Shown piece by piece: positions 11,375-22,273 of a DNA stretch of 64,000 bases. Numbering within the stretch: the stretch's first letter is position 1; each line of letters begins with the position of its first letter. A program made the position numbers and the translations under genes. This stretch comes from Cyanidioschyzon merolae (taxonomy: Eukaryota), in assembly GCA_000091205.1 (NCBI GenBank), contig AP006500.2; one strand, given 5' to 3'. Under the pieces are notes generated by a model. The model did not search any database. It worked only from the letters and a program-made list of their open reading frames with translations, and had not been told where the DNA came from.

Positions 11375-12271
11375 ATGGCGTTTATGGCGTTTGGACTCTC
11401 GAGTTGGCAACGTGCTACCGATGCGACACGCGGTGCAGCGGCCGTTTGCTCCAGCGACGCACGTGAACAGCATTCAGCCAAGTTCGTTGTCACCTCGGGA
11501 ACACAATCTTTGAAGAGTGGACCGAAGCTCTTGGGGTCAGCGGGAACGCACGGGCGTCCACCACTGATCGCTGGGCTGGCGGCTGCAGCGCCCCTAGTAC
11601 CACCTTACCACCACCACCAGCAGCAGCAGCAGCAGCAGGTTGTTCGAAGAGCGCTTCCGCTGGGTTTGCTCTCCCAAGTGCTAGGGTGGCTTGTGATCAT
11701 CGGTTCATCGCTATACAAAGTTCCTCAGGTGGTGCGTATTCTTCGCGTGCGATCCGCGAAAGGCATCTCGGTCACAACATACGTCTGTGAAACCGTAAGT
11801 ACGGCGTGCAGCTTCTGCTATGCGCTTCGACAGCGGTTTCCGTTCGATACCTTTGGGGAATCTGGCTTCATTCTTATTCAAAATGTCATGATTCTGGTTT
11901 TGATGAGTCATTTTGATGCGAGACCTCGACGCTGGGCAACCTTGGCAATCTTGGGATCCATCACGCTGCTCATGGGCGTCTTGTTGAGTCCGCGTTTGGC
12001 ACCACCCGTGGTCGTCACGGTTGCTCAGGCCGTTTCCATACCTCTTCTGAATCTGAGTCGCATTCCTCAGATTGTCATGAACGCCCAGTTACGTACAACA
12101 GGGGAGCTGAGCATCACGACGATGCTCCTCCAGCTCCTGGGAAATGCTGCCCGTTTGTTCACAACGCTTGTACGCCTCGATGGGAATCTTCCGTACCTGC
12201 TGAGCGCGATTGTCGCTCTCGCGTTGAACAGTATTTTGGTTTACCAATACTTCAGATTTTACGCGGAATAG
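11375..12271 (+). CDS. MPDU1: MPDU1/Lec35-like PQ-loop repeat membrane protein with a ~90-aa N-terminal extension containing a His3-Gln7 run.
   Basis: The track ORF starts at a TTG at 11072. The first in-frame ATG is 11375. Two PQ-loop motifs are present, LYKVPQVVRIL and LSRIPQIVMNAQLRTTGELS, with about 7 hydrophobic segments. The C-terminus is LVYQYFRFY. Confidence 0.6.
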   Translation: MAFMAFGLSSWQRATDATRGAAAVCSSDAREQHSAKFVVTSGTQSLKSGPKLLGSAGTHGRPPLIAGLAAAAPLVPPYHHHQQQQQQQVVRRALPLGLLSQVLGWLVIIGSSLYKVPQVVRILRVRSAKGISVTTYVCETVSTACSFCYALRQRFPFDTFGESGFILIQNVMILVLMSHFDARPRRWATLAILGSITLLMGVLLSPRLAPPVVVTVAQAVSIPLLNLSRIPQIVMNAQLRTTGELSITTMLLQLLGNAARLFTTLVRLDGNLPYLLSAIVALALNSILVYQYFRFYAE

Positions 12272-13377
12272 CAGCTGGATGAAGGGAATTTTCGGGTCCA
12301 AAGTCTTCCGCAATGTGACCGCTATCGTGTGCTTTCCGCTGACCTAGTGCTATGGCATCCACTAGAGCAAATGGACCGGAGATCTCGTCCCGCATACAAC
12401 CGCCTGGTGACGTCATCAACGGTGCTATGCAGTGCGCATGGTGACGCTGCCGGAGCTCGAACGGGCAACGCGAACCCTATCCTACGATCGCCTTCGGATG
12501 CGGTGAAACCCCGGAGCCTGAACCCCGAAGCTCACCAGAAAAATGCTGCTGAGCCAGTGCGTCAGCCGTGGAGCACGAAAAACAGGGCTGCGAGCCGCGC
12601 ACCACAGCTCTACCGCTGCTGCACTTCGTGAAGCGTGGACTAGTGTGCTGCTGTATCCCGGGGGAGGGGCCTCCTGCTTGTGCTTGCTGCTTGCAGATGC
12701 GAGGCAGTGCCTGCCGCAGTGTGCCTAGACTGCCAACAATATGTACGGAACTTGATTTCTACCACACCTTGACGCTCTGCATCCAAACATGAACCCAGTT
12801 CAGGGACAGCAGTCTCTAAGTTTGCTTCTGGTGGCCGACTTGCAGCGCGCTTTTCTTCGTGCAAGGTCTGTGCGTTTCACCGGAGTACGCAAACGAGCGC
12901 ACGCTATCGGGCTCCAGCGAAGAGACCACAGTTCCCTCTCTGTACAGCTTTACGGTAAACAAGCTCCGACGCAGTCTTCCCGCTGGGCGCAGAAGTTCGA
13001 TCGACCGAACGGCACTCGTGTACTGCGGGCACTGTGTCGAGCGTGTCGTGAACGCTCACTGCCGCAGAGCGCCTGACAAGCACAGTCGTAGCCAACGTCA
13101 ACAGGTACAAACTCCAAGGCCCGTCCCTCAGTAGCTACGCATCATCGTTTTGCAACAGCGCTTCGAAGCGCTCCCCCTACCATACTCAGCATAAAGCAAA
13201 CACGTAGTTCCAAAGGCGTTTTTTTGAAACGCTATCGTCAAGCGAGCGCAGCAAGCACGCCCGCCAAGCCACAGAAGGATGCCATAGCGCCCTCGGAGCG
13301 CGTCTCCAGGTGTAGACAGTGGAAGCGCAGCGTGTGCACTCATACTCACGATAGTATGCAGGAACGCTCGACGATTC

Positions 13378-16300
13378 ATGGATGAAGCGCTATCAGGTGC
13401 TTTTCTTTGCGTCAAGATAATCAATATCGACTACTACCTCTGGCAGCCGGAACACCTCTCCAGTGATCCAGGCTGGCTCGAGAGGTTTACACCGGCCCAG
13501 CGAGGTCGTTCGCTTCCGGCGGTACGGATCATCGGACGCACTTCAGCGGGTTCTACAGTCTGCCTGCACTTGCACAATACGTTTCCTCGCACGTATGTGC
13601 CATTACCCGAAACCGTCGCACATAATCCTGAGGCTGAACGGCGCTGGACGCAGCGACTCCGGGTTGCGCTGGAACGGGCACTCGAGCAGTTGCACCTGCA
13701 GCAGCGCGACCAGCGACAAGCTCCAGATGCCAACTGGTCTGCAAACCAGCCAGGTTCTGGTGCTGCCACCGAGGCGCCTTCATCAGTCGAGGACGCTGCT
13801 GCTGACCGCTACATTTATGATATCACGATTGAATGGCGTCGCTGCATTTACGGCTTTAAAGCAAACGCACAACGGTTTGCTCGGATTCGGTACATTCATC
13901 CAGCAGAGAGCGCACGTCTCGTGCAGGCACTCGCTAGCGGGATGTTGGCCGCTGTGGACGACGGAACAATGGACCCAGTGTTACCCGCCCGTTTACAGCC
14001 GTACGAGGCACACCTGCCATACGTGCTGCAGGTCATGGCAGACTACGGCCTAGCCGGGTTTGGGTGTATCGGACTTTGCAGTGGTCGTTTTCGTCCACCG
14101 CTGGCTTCGCCGCGCGATGCTGCCAGTGAAGATGCTGATCATGGCATGCAAGCACGACACAGCGCCAGCTTGGTCGACAACCTTCCACCGGACATGGTCT
14201 GGAACGTGCCCGTCAAACGGCAGACCGACTGTCACCTAGAGGTGGATGTGTGGTTACCCAGGGATCTGCATCCAGCACATCTTCACGGTGAGCAGGAACC
14301 AACTGATCTGGAGCGCCACGTTCCGTCGCTTCGGCTCATCTGGGAGAGCGAACGCAGACGTCGATGCCTCTCTTCGTGGCGCCAGATGTGGGTCCCTATT
14401 GCACACTGTCGACTGGAGCGCGAGGTGCAACCCATGGACACTGGTTTGAAGCAGCGCCTTGGGATGGTGGTTTCTCAGGCACTACGCAAACGTGCAGGAG
14501 CAGGGAATCGGCAACATCAAGAACGGAGGAACGCAATCGCCCTGAACGATGAAACGAGCCAAGCTGATGATCTCGCCAGTGCGCTTGCAGCTCAGTTTGG
14601 CTATGCAGTTGAATCCAGCACTGCAGAGCGCCTTCATCCAGAGTCGGATTTGGAGGATGAAGTGCTCTGGAACTGGATGGAGCAGAACTACCGAACTGGA
14701 GTGGGTGCAGCGAACGGTCAGCCGGTGGACACTTCCTTTGCATCAGCGTACGCACTGGACACATCCGTTTACGAAGACGAAGAGCAGCCCGTGGATGAAG
14801 TCGCTACCCAGAAGGAATGCGCAGACATTCTGGAATGTTCGCTGCCTTTGAATGAAACACCAGGGCTAGGGGCGGAGACGGCAAAGGTGGCAACCTCGCC
14901 GGCGTCATTGGTGCATCGTCAAGACACGGAGCTGGGACTCAGCCCGCCTTGTTCCCCGTCGGTCGCCCCAAGTAGGACGCCTGTTCCAGAGTCCGTGTTG
15001 GCTTCTGCATCGGAACTACAGCCTGGTCACGAATCGGAGGCGGTTCAAGCACAGGCGTCGACGACGTCGAGGCCCCGACAGGCGAGCTGGTGTCTGGCGG
15101 CTTTCCATCTCGAGCGATCAAACGTATCGCCAGCGAATTGGTTCATGATTCCAGATCAGCACCCGCCTTTTCCCTTCAAGTCAGAATGGGGCGTTGCTCA
15201 GCAGAAACCCTTTTACAGCGCCATTGAGGACAAAGCTTTCACGACAAGCGGGTCGAGCGTACGCTGGTTTCCGCAGACGCCTCTTTGGCGAGAGGTCGCC
15301 TGTCGGGCTTTCAGTTCCGACTCGGCGGCGGATGCTGCTGGCCTCCAAACCTGGCGGACACCGCTGAGCTTGCCGCCTTTGCCACAGCACATCGAGCGAA
15401 TTGAACGGTTTCGAAAGCGAAGCAGGCTCCTGGGAGCATCAAGAAAGGTCATTGAGGTGCGGATGGATAGTTACGGTCGCGAGGTGCGCACTGTAGCGGT
15501 GCTCGCAGCAGCGAAGCATGCGGTTTCGAATTCAGTAACCGTAACAGAAGATGCACTGGCCAATGCGAGGCCGGCTAGCGTCGGCATCAAGGCGGAAACT
15601 GCACCGCGGTCGTGCCGCTCACCAAGGAGCATTGAGCTTGGAACTAGTCCAAAAGCCTGGCGCTCTCCATGGACCAGGGCGTCCGAGCTTGTCGACGCCC
15701 CGGAGTCCCGAAGCGTGGCGATAGAGACCCCAGCGTCCGTTGATTCCGTGCAACAAGGAGCGCCTCGTGCGCATCGCGAAGAGGAGCTACCCGCTTTGCC
15801 CGCTGATCAAGCGTATGGCGCTGCAAGCGCAGCTGCACCTGGCCCCATGGAGGCAGCGTGCAGTAGCGAGAACGGTAGCGCGTCCAAATGGGTGTCCCCC
15901 GAGTTGTTGTCAGCAAGCAGCTCTGCGGATTCTCAGCACACTGAATGGAAAGCAACGTCGGACGTTGACGCACACCGAACGACCGCCCTACCCACGCAAA
16001 CGGATCGTAACTGGCAACTGCATGGAGTGCAAGCGTCGCTCGATGCCTATGATACGCGGGTGCATTCGAGCTCGGCACATGCATCAGAAGTGCGCTCCAC
16101 ACGTAGCCCAGTACTGGATCCGTCACCGTACCCAAATTCGGACCCGAGTCTAGCACAATCATCAGAGGCGCGCTGCACGAACAGCCAAGTGCTGGATCCG
16201 TTACCACACCCAGACTCGGACCTGACGCTTCGTCGTCCAGCCAGAGAGCCGCTATCGTCGGCGGCAGCGCAACGATGTCGCACGTTCAGCGACGAAACTG

Positions 16301-19300
16301 GTGCCATGGACCCGCTCCCAGACACGGTTGCTGAACTCGAAGACGACGAAGCACAACTGGTGCCGCTCGTTCGACCGGCTTCGCCTCGTTACGACGAGCC
16401 GTCCGAGTTCTGGAGCGACGCTCCGCATGCTGCGCCCGCTTTCTCCAGCGCTGCGATACGATCGTTGAGAACGGATCGCGAGAAACGCTCCCGGGGGCGA
16501 CTCTCGGATATCACGGGCCCATCACAGATATCCAGCGGCAGAGACTCCTCGGGGATTAGTGGAGAGCCCGCACCACTTGAGCCGCTGGCGCTTCACCATC
16601 AGTACGGCACCGAAACCTTTCGAGTACTAGCCATAGAGTCACTCTCGATCAATCGTCGAGAGCAGCGCCCTGACGCTCTTCAGGATCCGCTGGCTGCAAT
16701 CGGACTCGTCTTCCGGGGCGATGACTCCGATGCCGATCGTCATATCATGCTCGTGAACAGCGCTTTACGCACAAACACTGGAGACGATGCGAGTGCTGCG
16801 CTTACCGAGCGGACGGCGCTCGGCCTGGTGCCAACCACGGGATACACGTTGCGGCCTACTCGAGTCGTGGTGCTGGGCTCGGAAGCGGCGCTGCTGCGGC
16901 AACTTGCGCTGCTCTGTCGTCATCTGGACCCGGATATCCTGGTATCGTATTCGTTGCGCGATGGAGGGATCGGTTATCTGCTGCAGCGAGCAGGCGTTCT
17001 GGGTTATGACTTGGCTTCGGGGCTGTCTCGGGTAGCACTCGGCGTTCATGACCCGAAAACCGAGCGGCAGTGGAGCCTGTCGATGCACCCGTGGGAGACG
17101 GATACTGCCTCCGGTGGTATCCGCCTGCTGGGTCGATACGTTCTGGACGTATGGCGGATCATGCAATCGGAGGTCAAGCTGTCGAACTACACGTTCTATC
17201 GTGTTGTGGAGGAGATTCTCGGACGCCGGATGCCCCGCTTACCGTGGTCTACCCAACGAGACTGGTTCACGCGGGGTACCGCCGCCGACTGTCGCCGAGC
17301 CCTCGAACTGGTTTTGTTTCGCGCTGCCTGGACGCTGGACCTCCTTGAAGCGCTGGATATCCTCGGACGCTCGGCCGAGATGGCCACCAGCTACGGCATC
17401 GACCTGTTATCTGTGTTTCTTCGGGGCAGTCAGTATCGAGTGGAGAGTCTGATGGCGCGACTCGCGCACGCCCAGGGGTACGTGCTGGTCTCGCCTACTG
17501 CTGCACAGGTCCGATGTCAACCGGCAACGGCCTTCATTCCGCTCGTTATGGAGCCCGAAGCCCGCTACTACAGCGATCCGGTCCTGGTGCTAGACTTTCA
17601 GTCGCTTTACCCGTCGATGATCATCGCCCACAACATCTGCTTTTCAACCTGTCTGGGGCGCGTCCTGCTCGATAGCGAAAGCGACTGGTGCACTTTTGCA
17701 AGCGGCATTCCGCGCGTGTTCGGTGTGCTGGAAGCGTACAGCCCCGACTGGATCGGTCTCGTAGAGGCGCTCGCAACAGACGCAACACCGGACGTGGAAG
17801 CGTTGCTAACGGTGCTTCCGAACCAGACAGTTTTCGTGAAGCCTCGGGTACGGCATGGCATCTTGCCGCTGATGCTACGAGAGATACTGGAAACGCGGAT
17901 GATGCTCAAAGGCGGCATGGAGGCCATCGAGAAGCAACACCGCACCGCACCGGTACCCGAAGCGGAACGTCTTCGCTTACAGGCCATCTATCGAATGCTG
18001 AATGCTCGTCAGTTTGCGATGAAGTATATCGCCAATGTGACATATGGGTATACATCTGCGTCGTTTTCGGGACGCATGCCCTGTGCAGAGATCGCCGACG
18101 CGATCGTCAGTGCCGGTCGGGAGGCCATGGAGCGCATCGTAGCCACCGTGGAGCGCCTCTGGGGAGCATCGCATGGAGCACGGGTCGTCTATGGCGATAC
18201 GGACTCTATTTTTGTGCTGGTGCCGGGCGCTTCTCGTGAAGTCGCCTTTCAGCTGGGTCGTGCCATGGCGGAGCAGTGCAGTGCGCTATTTCCAGACCCG
18301 GTCCGACTCAAGCTCGAAAAGGTATACAGCCGTTCGTTGCTGCTGGCGAAGAAGCGCTATGTTGGTTGGGCGTACGAGTCAGAGAACCAGCTGATGGGAA
18401 TGCTTGATGCAAAGGGTATCGAGACGGTTCGGCGCGACTCGTGTGGTCTAGTTCAGAAGATTCTCGAGCGCGCGCTGCGCTTACTCTTCACCGGTGATCA
18501 GGATCTATCGCCCATCAGACGCTATGTGCAGCGGCAACTTCAGCGAGTCCTTCAGAATCGCTTCGATTTTCGGGATGCTATCTTTTTCAAAGAGGTTCAA
18601 CTGGGTCGTTACAAACCCGGCTACGAACCGCCTGCAGCGCTCGTTGCCCTGCGACAGCTGGATCAGGATCCAGCAGCAGTGCCGGCGTTTCGGGAACGTG
18701 TCCCTTACGTGGTAATCTATGGAGAGCCCGGAAGTACGCTGCGCGAACTCGTCGTGGACCCGGGGCAGTTTCTAGAAGCGCGGCGACAAGGGCGCATCCT
18801 TCGCTTGAACACGCAATACTATGTGCGAAAGCAGATCTTACCGGCTTTGGAGCGCTGCTTTTCGCTGATGGGTGTGGATGTTTTCAGTTGGTTCCAGCAG
18901 GTGCCTCGAGTTGCGTACCGTGCTCCACACAGTCGGGGCGTTCCGCTTGGAGCGCACCAGAAAAGCCGCATAGAGCACTACCTTCCCGGTTTCTGCGCCG
19001 TATGTGGTGAGAGCTGTGCCCCACAAACAGAGGTTTGTCGTGTCTGCCTCACACGCATTCCTGATAGCCTCGCGATCGTCCAGCGGAAATTGCACACTGC
19101 ACAGCAGCGTCTCTTTCGTCTTCAGGAGCTCTGCCTACGTTGCATTGGCGAAGGTATCACCGCAAGCGAATGCAGGGATCGCCCGGGCGAGCCATTAAGC
19201 GCAGGTGCTTGTTTGGCGCCGGAGCAGCACCATCAGCACCAATCGTGTTGGACGCAATGCTGGTATCCGCCTTGTGCACATATAGAATGTGCGCTGCTTG

Positions 19301-19368
19301 TAGAGCGAGACAAGGCCTCTTTGACGACCGCCACATACATGCATGCTTTGGGGGAACTCTCTGGCTAG
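13378..19368 (+). CDS. REV3: DNA polymerase zeta catalytic subunit (REV3), B-family polymerase. 1996 aa, no intron.
   Basis: The N-terminus VKIINIDYYL...AVRIIGRTSAGSTVCLHLHNTFPRTYVPL matches the REV3L N-terminal domain. The Pol B motifs are LVLDFQSLYPSMIIAHNICFSTCLG (motif A), KxxxNxxYG (ANVTYGYTSAS), YGDTDSIFV (motif C) and KKRYVGW. C-terminal CysA/CysB metal-binding clusters are present (CAVCGESC...CRVC and CLRC...C). A long Ser/Ala/Pro-rich insert sits between the N-terminal and polymerase domains. Confidence 0.92.
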   Translation: MDEALSGAFLCVKIINIDYYLWQPEHLSSDPGWLERFTPAQRGRSLPAVRIIGRTSAGSTVCLHLHNTFPRTYVPLPETVAHNPEAERRWTQRLRVALERALEQLHLQQRDQRQAPDANWSANQPGSGAATEAPSSVEDAAADRYIYDITIEWRRCIYGFKANAQRFARIRYIHPAESARLVQALASGMLAAVDDGTMDPVLPARLQPYEAHLPYVLQVMADYGLAGFGCIGLCSGRFRPPLASPRDAASEDADHGMQARHSASLVDNLPPDMVWNVPVKRQTDCHLEVDVWLPRDLHPAHLHGEQEPTDLERHVPSLRLIWESERRRRCLSSWRQMWVPIAHCRLEREVQPMDTGLKQRLGMVVSQALRKRAGAGNRQHQERRNAIALNDETSQADDLASALAAQFGYAVESSTAERLHPESDLEDEVLWNWMEQNYRTGVGAANGQPVDTSFASAYALDTSVYEDEEQPVDEVATQKECADILECSLPLNETPGLGAETAKVATSPASLVHRQDTELGLSPPCSPSVAPSRTPVPESVLASASELQPGHESEAVQAQASTTSRPRQASWCLAAFHLERSNVSPANWFMIPDQHPPFPFKSEWGVAQQKPFYSAIEDKAFTTSGSSVRWFPQTPLWREVACRAFSSDSAADAAGLQTWRTPLSLPPLPQHIERIERFRKRSRLLGASRKVIEVRMDSYGREVRTVAVLAAAKHAVSNSVTVTEDALANARPASVGIKAETAPRSCRSPRSIELGTSPKAWRSPWTRASELVDAPESRSVAIETPASVDSVQQGAPRAHREEELPALPADQAYGAASAAAPGPMEAACSSENGSASKWVSPELLSASSSADSQHTEWKATSDVDAHRTTALPTQTDRNWQLHGVQASLDAYDTRVHSSSAHASEVRSTRSPVLDPSPYPNSDPSLAQSSEARCTNSQVLDPLPHPDSDLTLRRPAREPLSSAAAQRCRTFSDETGAMDPLPDTVAELEDDEAQLVPLVRPASPRYDEPSEFWSDAPHAAPAFSSAAIRSLRTDREKRSRGRLSDITGPSQISSGRDSSGISGEPAPLEPLALHHQYGTETFRVLAIESLSINRREQRPDALQDPLAAIGLVFRGDDSDADRHIMLVNSALRTNTGDDASAALTERTALGLVPTTGYTLRPTRVVVLGSEAALLRQLALLCRHLDPDILVSYSLRDGGIGYLLQRAGVLGYDLASGLSRVALGVHDPKTERQWSLSMHPWETDTASGGIRLLGRYVLDVWRIMQSEVKLSNYTFYRVVEEILGRRMPRLPWSTQRDWFTRGTAADCRRALELVLFRAAWTLDLLEALDILGRSAEMATSYGIDLLSVFLRGSQYRVESLMARLAHAQGYVLVSPTAAQVRCQPATAFIPLVMEPEARYYSDPVLVLDFQSLYPSMIIAHNICFSTCLGRVLLDSESDWCTFASGIPRVFGVLEAYSPDWIGLVEALATDATPDVEALLTVLPNQTVFVKPRVRHGILPLMLREILETRMMLKGGMEAIEKQHRTAPVPEAERLRLQAIYRMLNARQFAMKYIANVTYGYTSASFSGRMPCAEIADAIVSAGREAMERIVATVERLWGASHGARVVYGDTDSIFVLVPGASREVAFQLGRAMAEQCSALFPDPVRLKLEKVYSRSLLLAKKRYVGWAYESENQLMGMLDAKGIETVRRDSCGLVQKILERALRLLFTGDQDLSPIRRYVQRQLQRVLQNRFDFRDAIFFKEVQLGRYKPGYEPPAALVALRQLDQDPAAVPAFRERVPYVVIYGEPGSTLRELVVDPGQFLEARRQGRILRLNTQYYVRKQILPALERCFSLMGVDVFSWFQQVPRVAYRAPHSRGVPLGAHQKSRIEHYLPGFCAVCGESCAPQTEVCRVCLTRIPDSLAIVQRKLHTAQQRLFRLQELCLRCIGEGITASECRDRPGEPLSAGACLAPEQHHQHQSCWTQCWYPPCAHIECALLVERDKASLTTATYMHALGELSG

Positions 19369-20431
19369 TGCGTAAGAGGAAACGGGAATAAGCGCACATC
19401 GAGATATCGATCATGTTGGTGGCGCTTCTCCTCAGTCCGATCGAGGTGACAAGACTTTCTGGCTAACGTGTGCGCTTCCGTTGGGGTCATTGCGCTTTCA
19501 GCGTACGAACTTGGTGCAGATGGCGTCGGGTTCCGGGCACACTCCGAGGTATTCCGTCAATGCGCGAGCGCCGGGGCGTCCATCGGCTGCTGGCGAGATA
19601 CGGCGAACGGTCCTCGAATCCGAAAGATAACAGTTACGGGGCTATTGGTATGTGTGTGTATGTGTGTCGCCGCGTATCTTGCTTGCTTGGGCGCGAGACT
19701 TTGGAGGCCACAGCACCACTGCTCGCACATGGGCGACTCTTCACACACGAATGCATTTCGCAGCAGAATCGATCATCGTCGGACGCGTAGCGAGGACTCG
19801 CGCGTACAGCTGCACGTTTTCGCCGACGATAGCGCGCATGAGGCGCCGAATAGGAGCTCGTTACGAACCGTAATACCCGCCACGCCCAGCAACCGCATGC
19901 CAGGGCGATATATCGCTTCCGCTTGTTTAGGCCTGGCACTCATCAGCGTATACGTCCAAAGTGTCATCCGTTGCCAAGGCTGGATACCAGCGTCAGCGAA
20001 GCGCTTGGTCTCGATCAGCGGGCATTGCATAGCGCATGAGCTCTCCGGATGCGGATCCAAGCCTCGCACAACGCCCCGCGACCACTTGTATATAAAGCGT
20101 TTGCTATAGCTCGCGAAAGGAAGCGCTTTTGCTGGTCATCGTGACACTCACGGTAACCACAACAACAGCATAGCGTGCCCGTCAATCAGAGTCTCAGCGC
20201 GTCTGGGAATCATACGCATGAACCGTGGTTCTTCTGGTTCGTCTCGAGTCCATGCGCAGCCCATAGTCGGATGATATTCATGGACAGTCATGCTTTCCAT
20301 GGACACACGAGTGTCGATCATTGGTATCGACACCGTTGCCGACACAACTGGTGCGTCCCCATTTGCATCCATGCTCGCGTTGTATCCGCCGAAAGGCGCC
20401 CTGCGCTCGAGCGCGCTGGACACGTACCCTG

Positions 20432-20770
20432 TCGCGGGAAACGTCCTAATCTTGAAAGTACTGGCAATGAATGTACTACACTGTATTATTTCGTACTAAA
20501 AGGACATCAGTGTCCATCGCGGGAAAAGTCCTGATCTAGAATGTACGAACATCTAATGGATTAGAATGGATTATTTCGTACTAAAAGGACATCAGTGTCC
20601 ATCGCGGCACACGCCGCAATCTAGAAAGTACGAACATCTAATGGATTAGAATGGATTATTTCGTACTAAAAGGACATCAGTGTCCATCGCGGGAAACGTC
20701 CTGATCTAGAATGTACGAGCATCTAATGAACTAGAATGGATTATTTCGTACTAAAAGGACATCAGTGTCC
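20432..20770. repeat. 85-bp tandem minisatellite, about 4 copies (one variant copy), with a GGACATCAGTGTCC inverted-repeat core. It sits immediately upstream of the following gene.
   Basis: Unit tcgcgggaaa(a/c)gtcctgatctagaatgtacga(a/g)catctaatggattagaatggattatttcgtactaaaaggacatcagtgtcca. Copies start near 20432 (degenerate), 20517, 20602 (variant middle) and 20687. Confidence 0.8.
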
Positions 20771-20902
20771 GTTGTTGGCCAACTTCGTGCCTACGTCATC
20801 GTGTGTCGCAATAGCGAGCATACGCATGCGTTTGTTTCTCAGGCCGCTCGGGGACGTTTTCAGGGCCTGCGCTCTTGTCAACCTCTTTATGTTGCTTCAT
20901 AT

Positions 20903-22273
20903 ATGTTTCAAGGACCTGCACGAACATTTATAGGCACGTATGGGTGCACAAGGTATCAAAGGCTCCGAGCGCTCGCCGCATGCCGATCTGAGACTCGAGC
21001 AGAGCGGCGTGCGACGCAGCGGTTCGATGCAGCTGCTTCCGGTGCGCGACGGGCAAGCAAGCTTGGACACCGGCGGCGCCGCCTAGTGAAAACGCATGGC
21101 GCCTTGGCGATCCAGAGCTCACTCATCCAGCCAAATAACTTCTGGGGTGTCTGGAGCTTGCTCATAGGCTCAGCAACAGCTGGCGTCTGGTTCGAGCGTA
21201 CACGCATCGGAGCGGCGCTCTCGGCACCGCTTCTCTCGTCGCTGCTGGGACTGGCGTTGGTCAACTTGGGCATCTTGCCGGCATCTGCGCCCGCATACCA
21301 GACAGTGAGTAAGGTCGTCGTGCCGCTTGCGATTCCGCTCCTGCTCTTCAACGCGGATATGCGTCGCGTCTTTCGAGAGACAGGTCGACTCTTGAAAGCG
21401 TTTTGGATCGGTGCATTGGCGACAGTGATCGGCACCTTCGTGGCGTGTGCCCTTGTTCCACCTGGAGCAATCGGTGCGGATAATCTTTATCGAGCAGCCG
21501 TGGCTCTGAATGCACGCCACATCGGAGGCTCCGTGAACCTCGTCGCTGTCGCGGAAGCCACCCGAATGGAGCCTGCATTGGTCTCCGCCTTGCTTGCCGC
21601 GGATAATATCGTGCTCGCTATTTACTTTCCGCTTATTTTCGCCTTGTCCAGTTCAGCAGCGAGACCAGATGCGGACGCGAAGCAGGCCGTTGACGGAAAC
21701 CGCAGAGAAACCGACCTGGCAATGCTGTCACTTGCACTTGCGGTTGCGTTCGCGCTATGCTTCCTGAGCTTTGGGATCGCATGCTGGCTGCATCTGGAGT
21801 CCTTCGTGCTGCCGCTCCTGACGCTAATGATCGTCTCACTGGCAACGCTTTTTCCGCGACAGTTTCAACCACTCCAGACCGCTGGTACCATTCTGGGTAT
21901 GTTTTTTATGCAAGTTTTCTTTGCGGTGACGGGTGCGTTAGGCTCCATCGGTGCCGTTATACGCACTGCACCTCTCTTGCTCCTTCTGAGTGTGGTTCAA
22001 GTAGGCGTTCATTTAATGGTGATGCTCATTTTAGGTAGAATTTTAGGTATTTCAAGGGACGATCTCATGCTGGCGTCCAACGCGAACATTGGCGGCCCGA
22101 GTACCGCTGCGGGCATGGCCGCATCCAAGCGCTGGACCGCTCTCATCGTACCTGCTATTCTTATCGGTGTCTGTGGTTATGCTATCGCAACTTTCGTTTC
22201 ATTGGGTTGCTTGCCGTTACTCCCATATTTTGTCCGTGTGTTGCCCTGGGCGTCCGCACTCCAACGCCCATAG
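20903..22273 (+). CDS. Polytopic membrane protein, DUF819-like (plastid-envelope/bacterial membrane family), with an Arg/Ala/Ser-rich N-terminal presequence.
   Basis: The track ORF starts at a GTG at 20765. The first ATG is 20903 (MFQGPARTF...). There are about 10 predicted hydrophobic helices, with segments such as SAPLLSSLLGLALVNLGILPASAPAYQTVSKVVVPLAIPLLLFNADMRRVFRETGRLL and NANIGGPSTAAGMAASKRW. Family assignment is from memory, not from a search. Confidence 0.45.
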   Translation: MFQGPARTFIGTYGCTRYQRLRALAACRSETRAERRATQRFDAAASGARRASKLGHRRRRLVKTHGALAIQSSLIQPNNFWGVWSLLIGSATAGVWFERTRIGAALSAPLLSSLLGLALVNLGILPASAPAYQTVSKVVVPLAIPLLLFNADMRRVFRETGRLLKAFWIGALATVIGTFVACALVPPGAIGADNLYRAAVALNARHIGGSVNLVAVAEATRMEPALVSALLAADNIVLAIYFPLIFALSSSAARPDADAKQAVDGNRRETDLAMLSLALAVAFALCFLSFGIACWLHLESFVLPLLTLMIVSLATLFPRQFQPLQTAGTILGMFFMQVFFAVTGALGSIGAVIRTAPLLLLLSVVQVGVHLMVMLILGRILGISRDDLMLASNANIGGPSTAAGMAASKRWTALIVPAILIGVCGYAIATFVSLGCLPLLPYFVRVLPWASALQRP

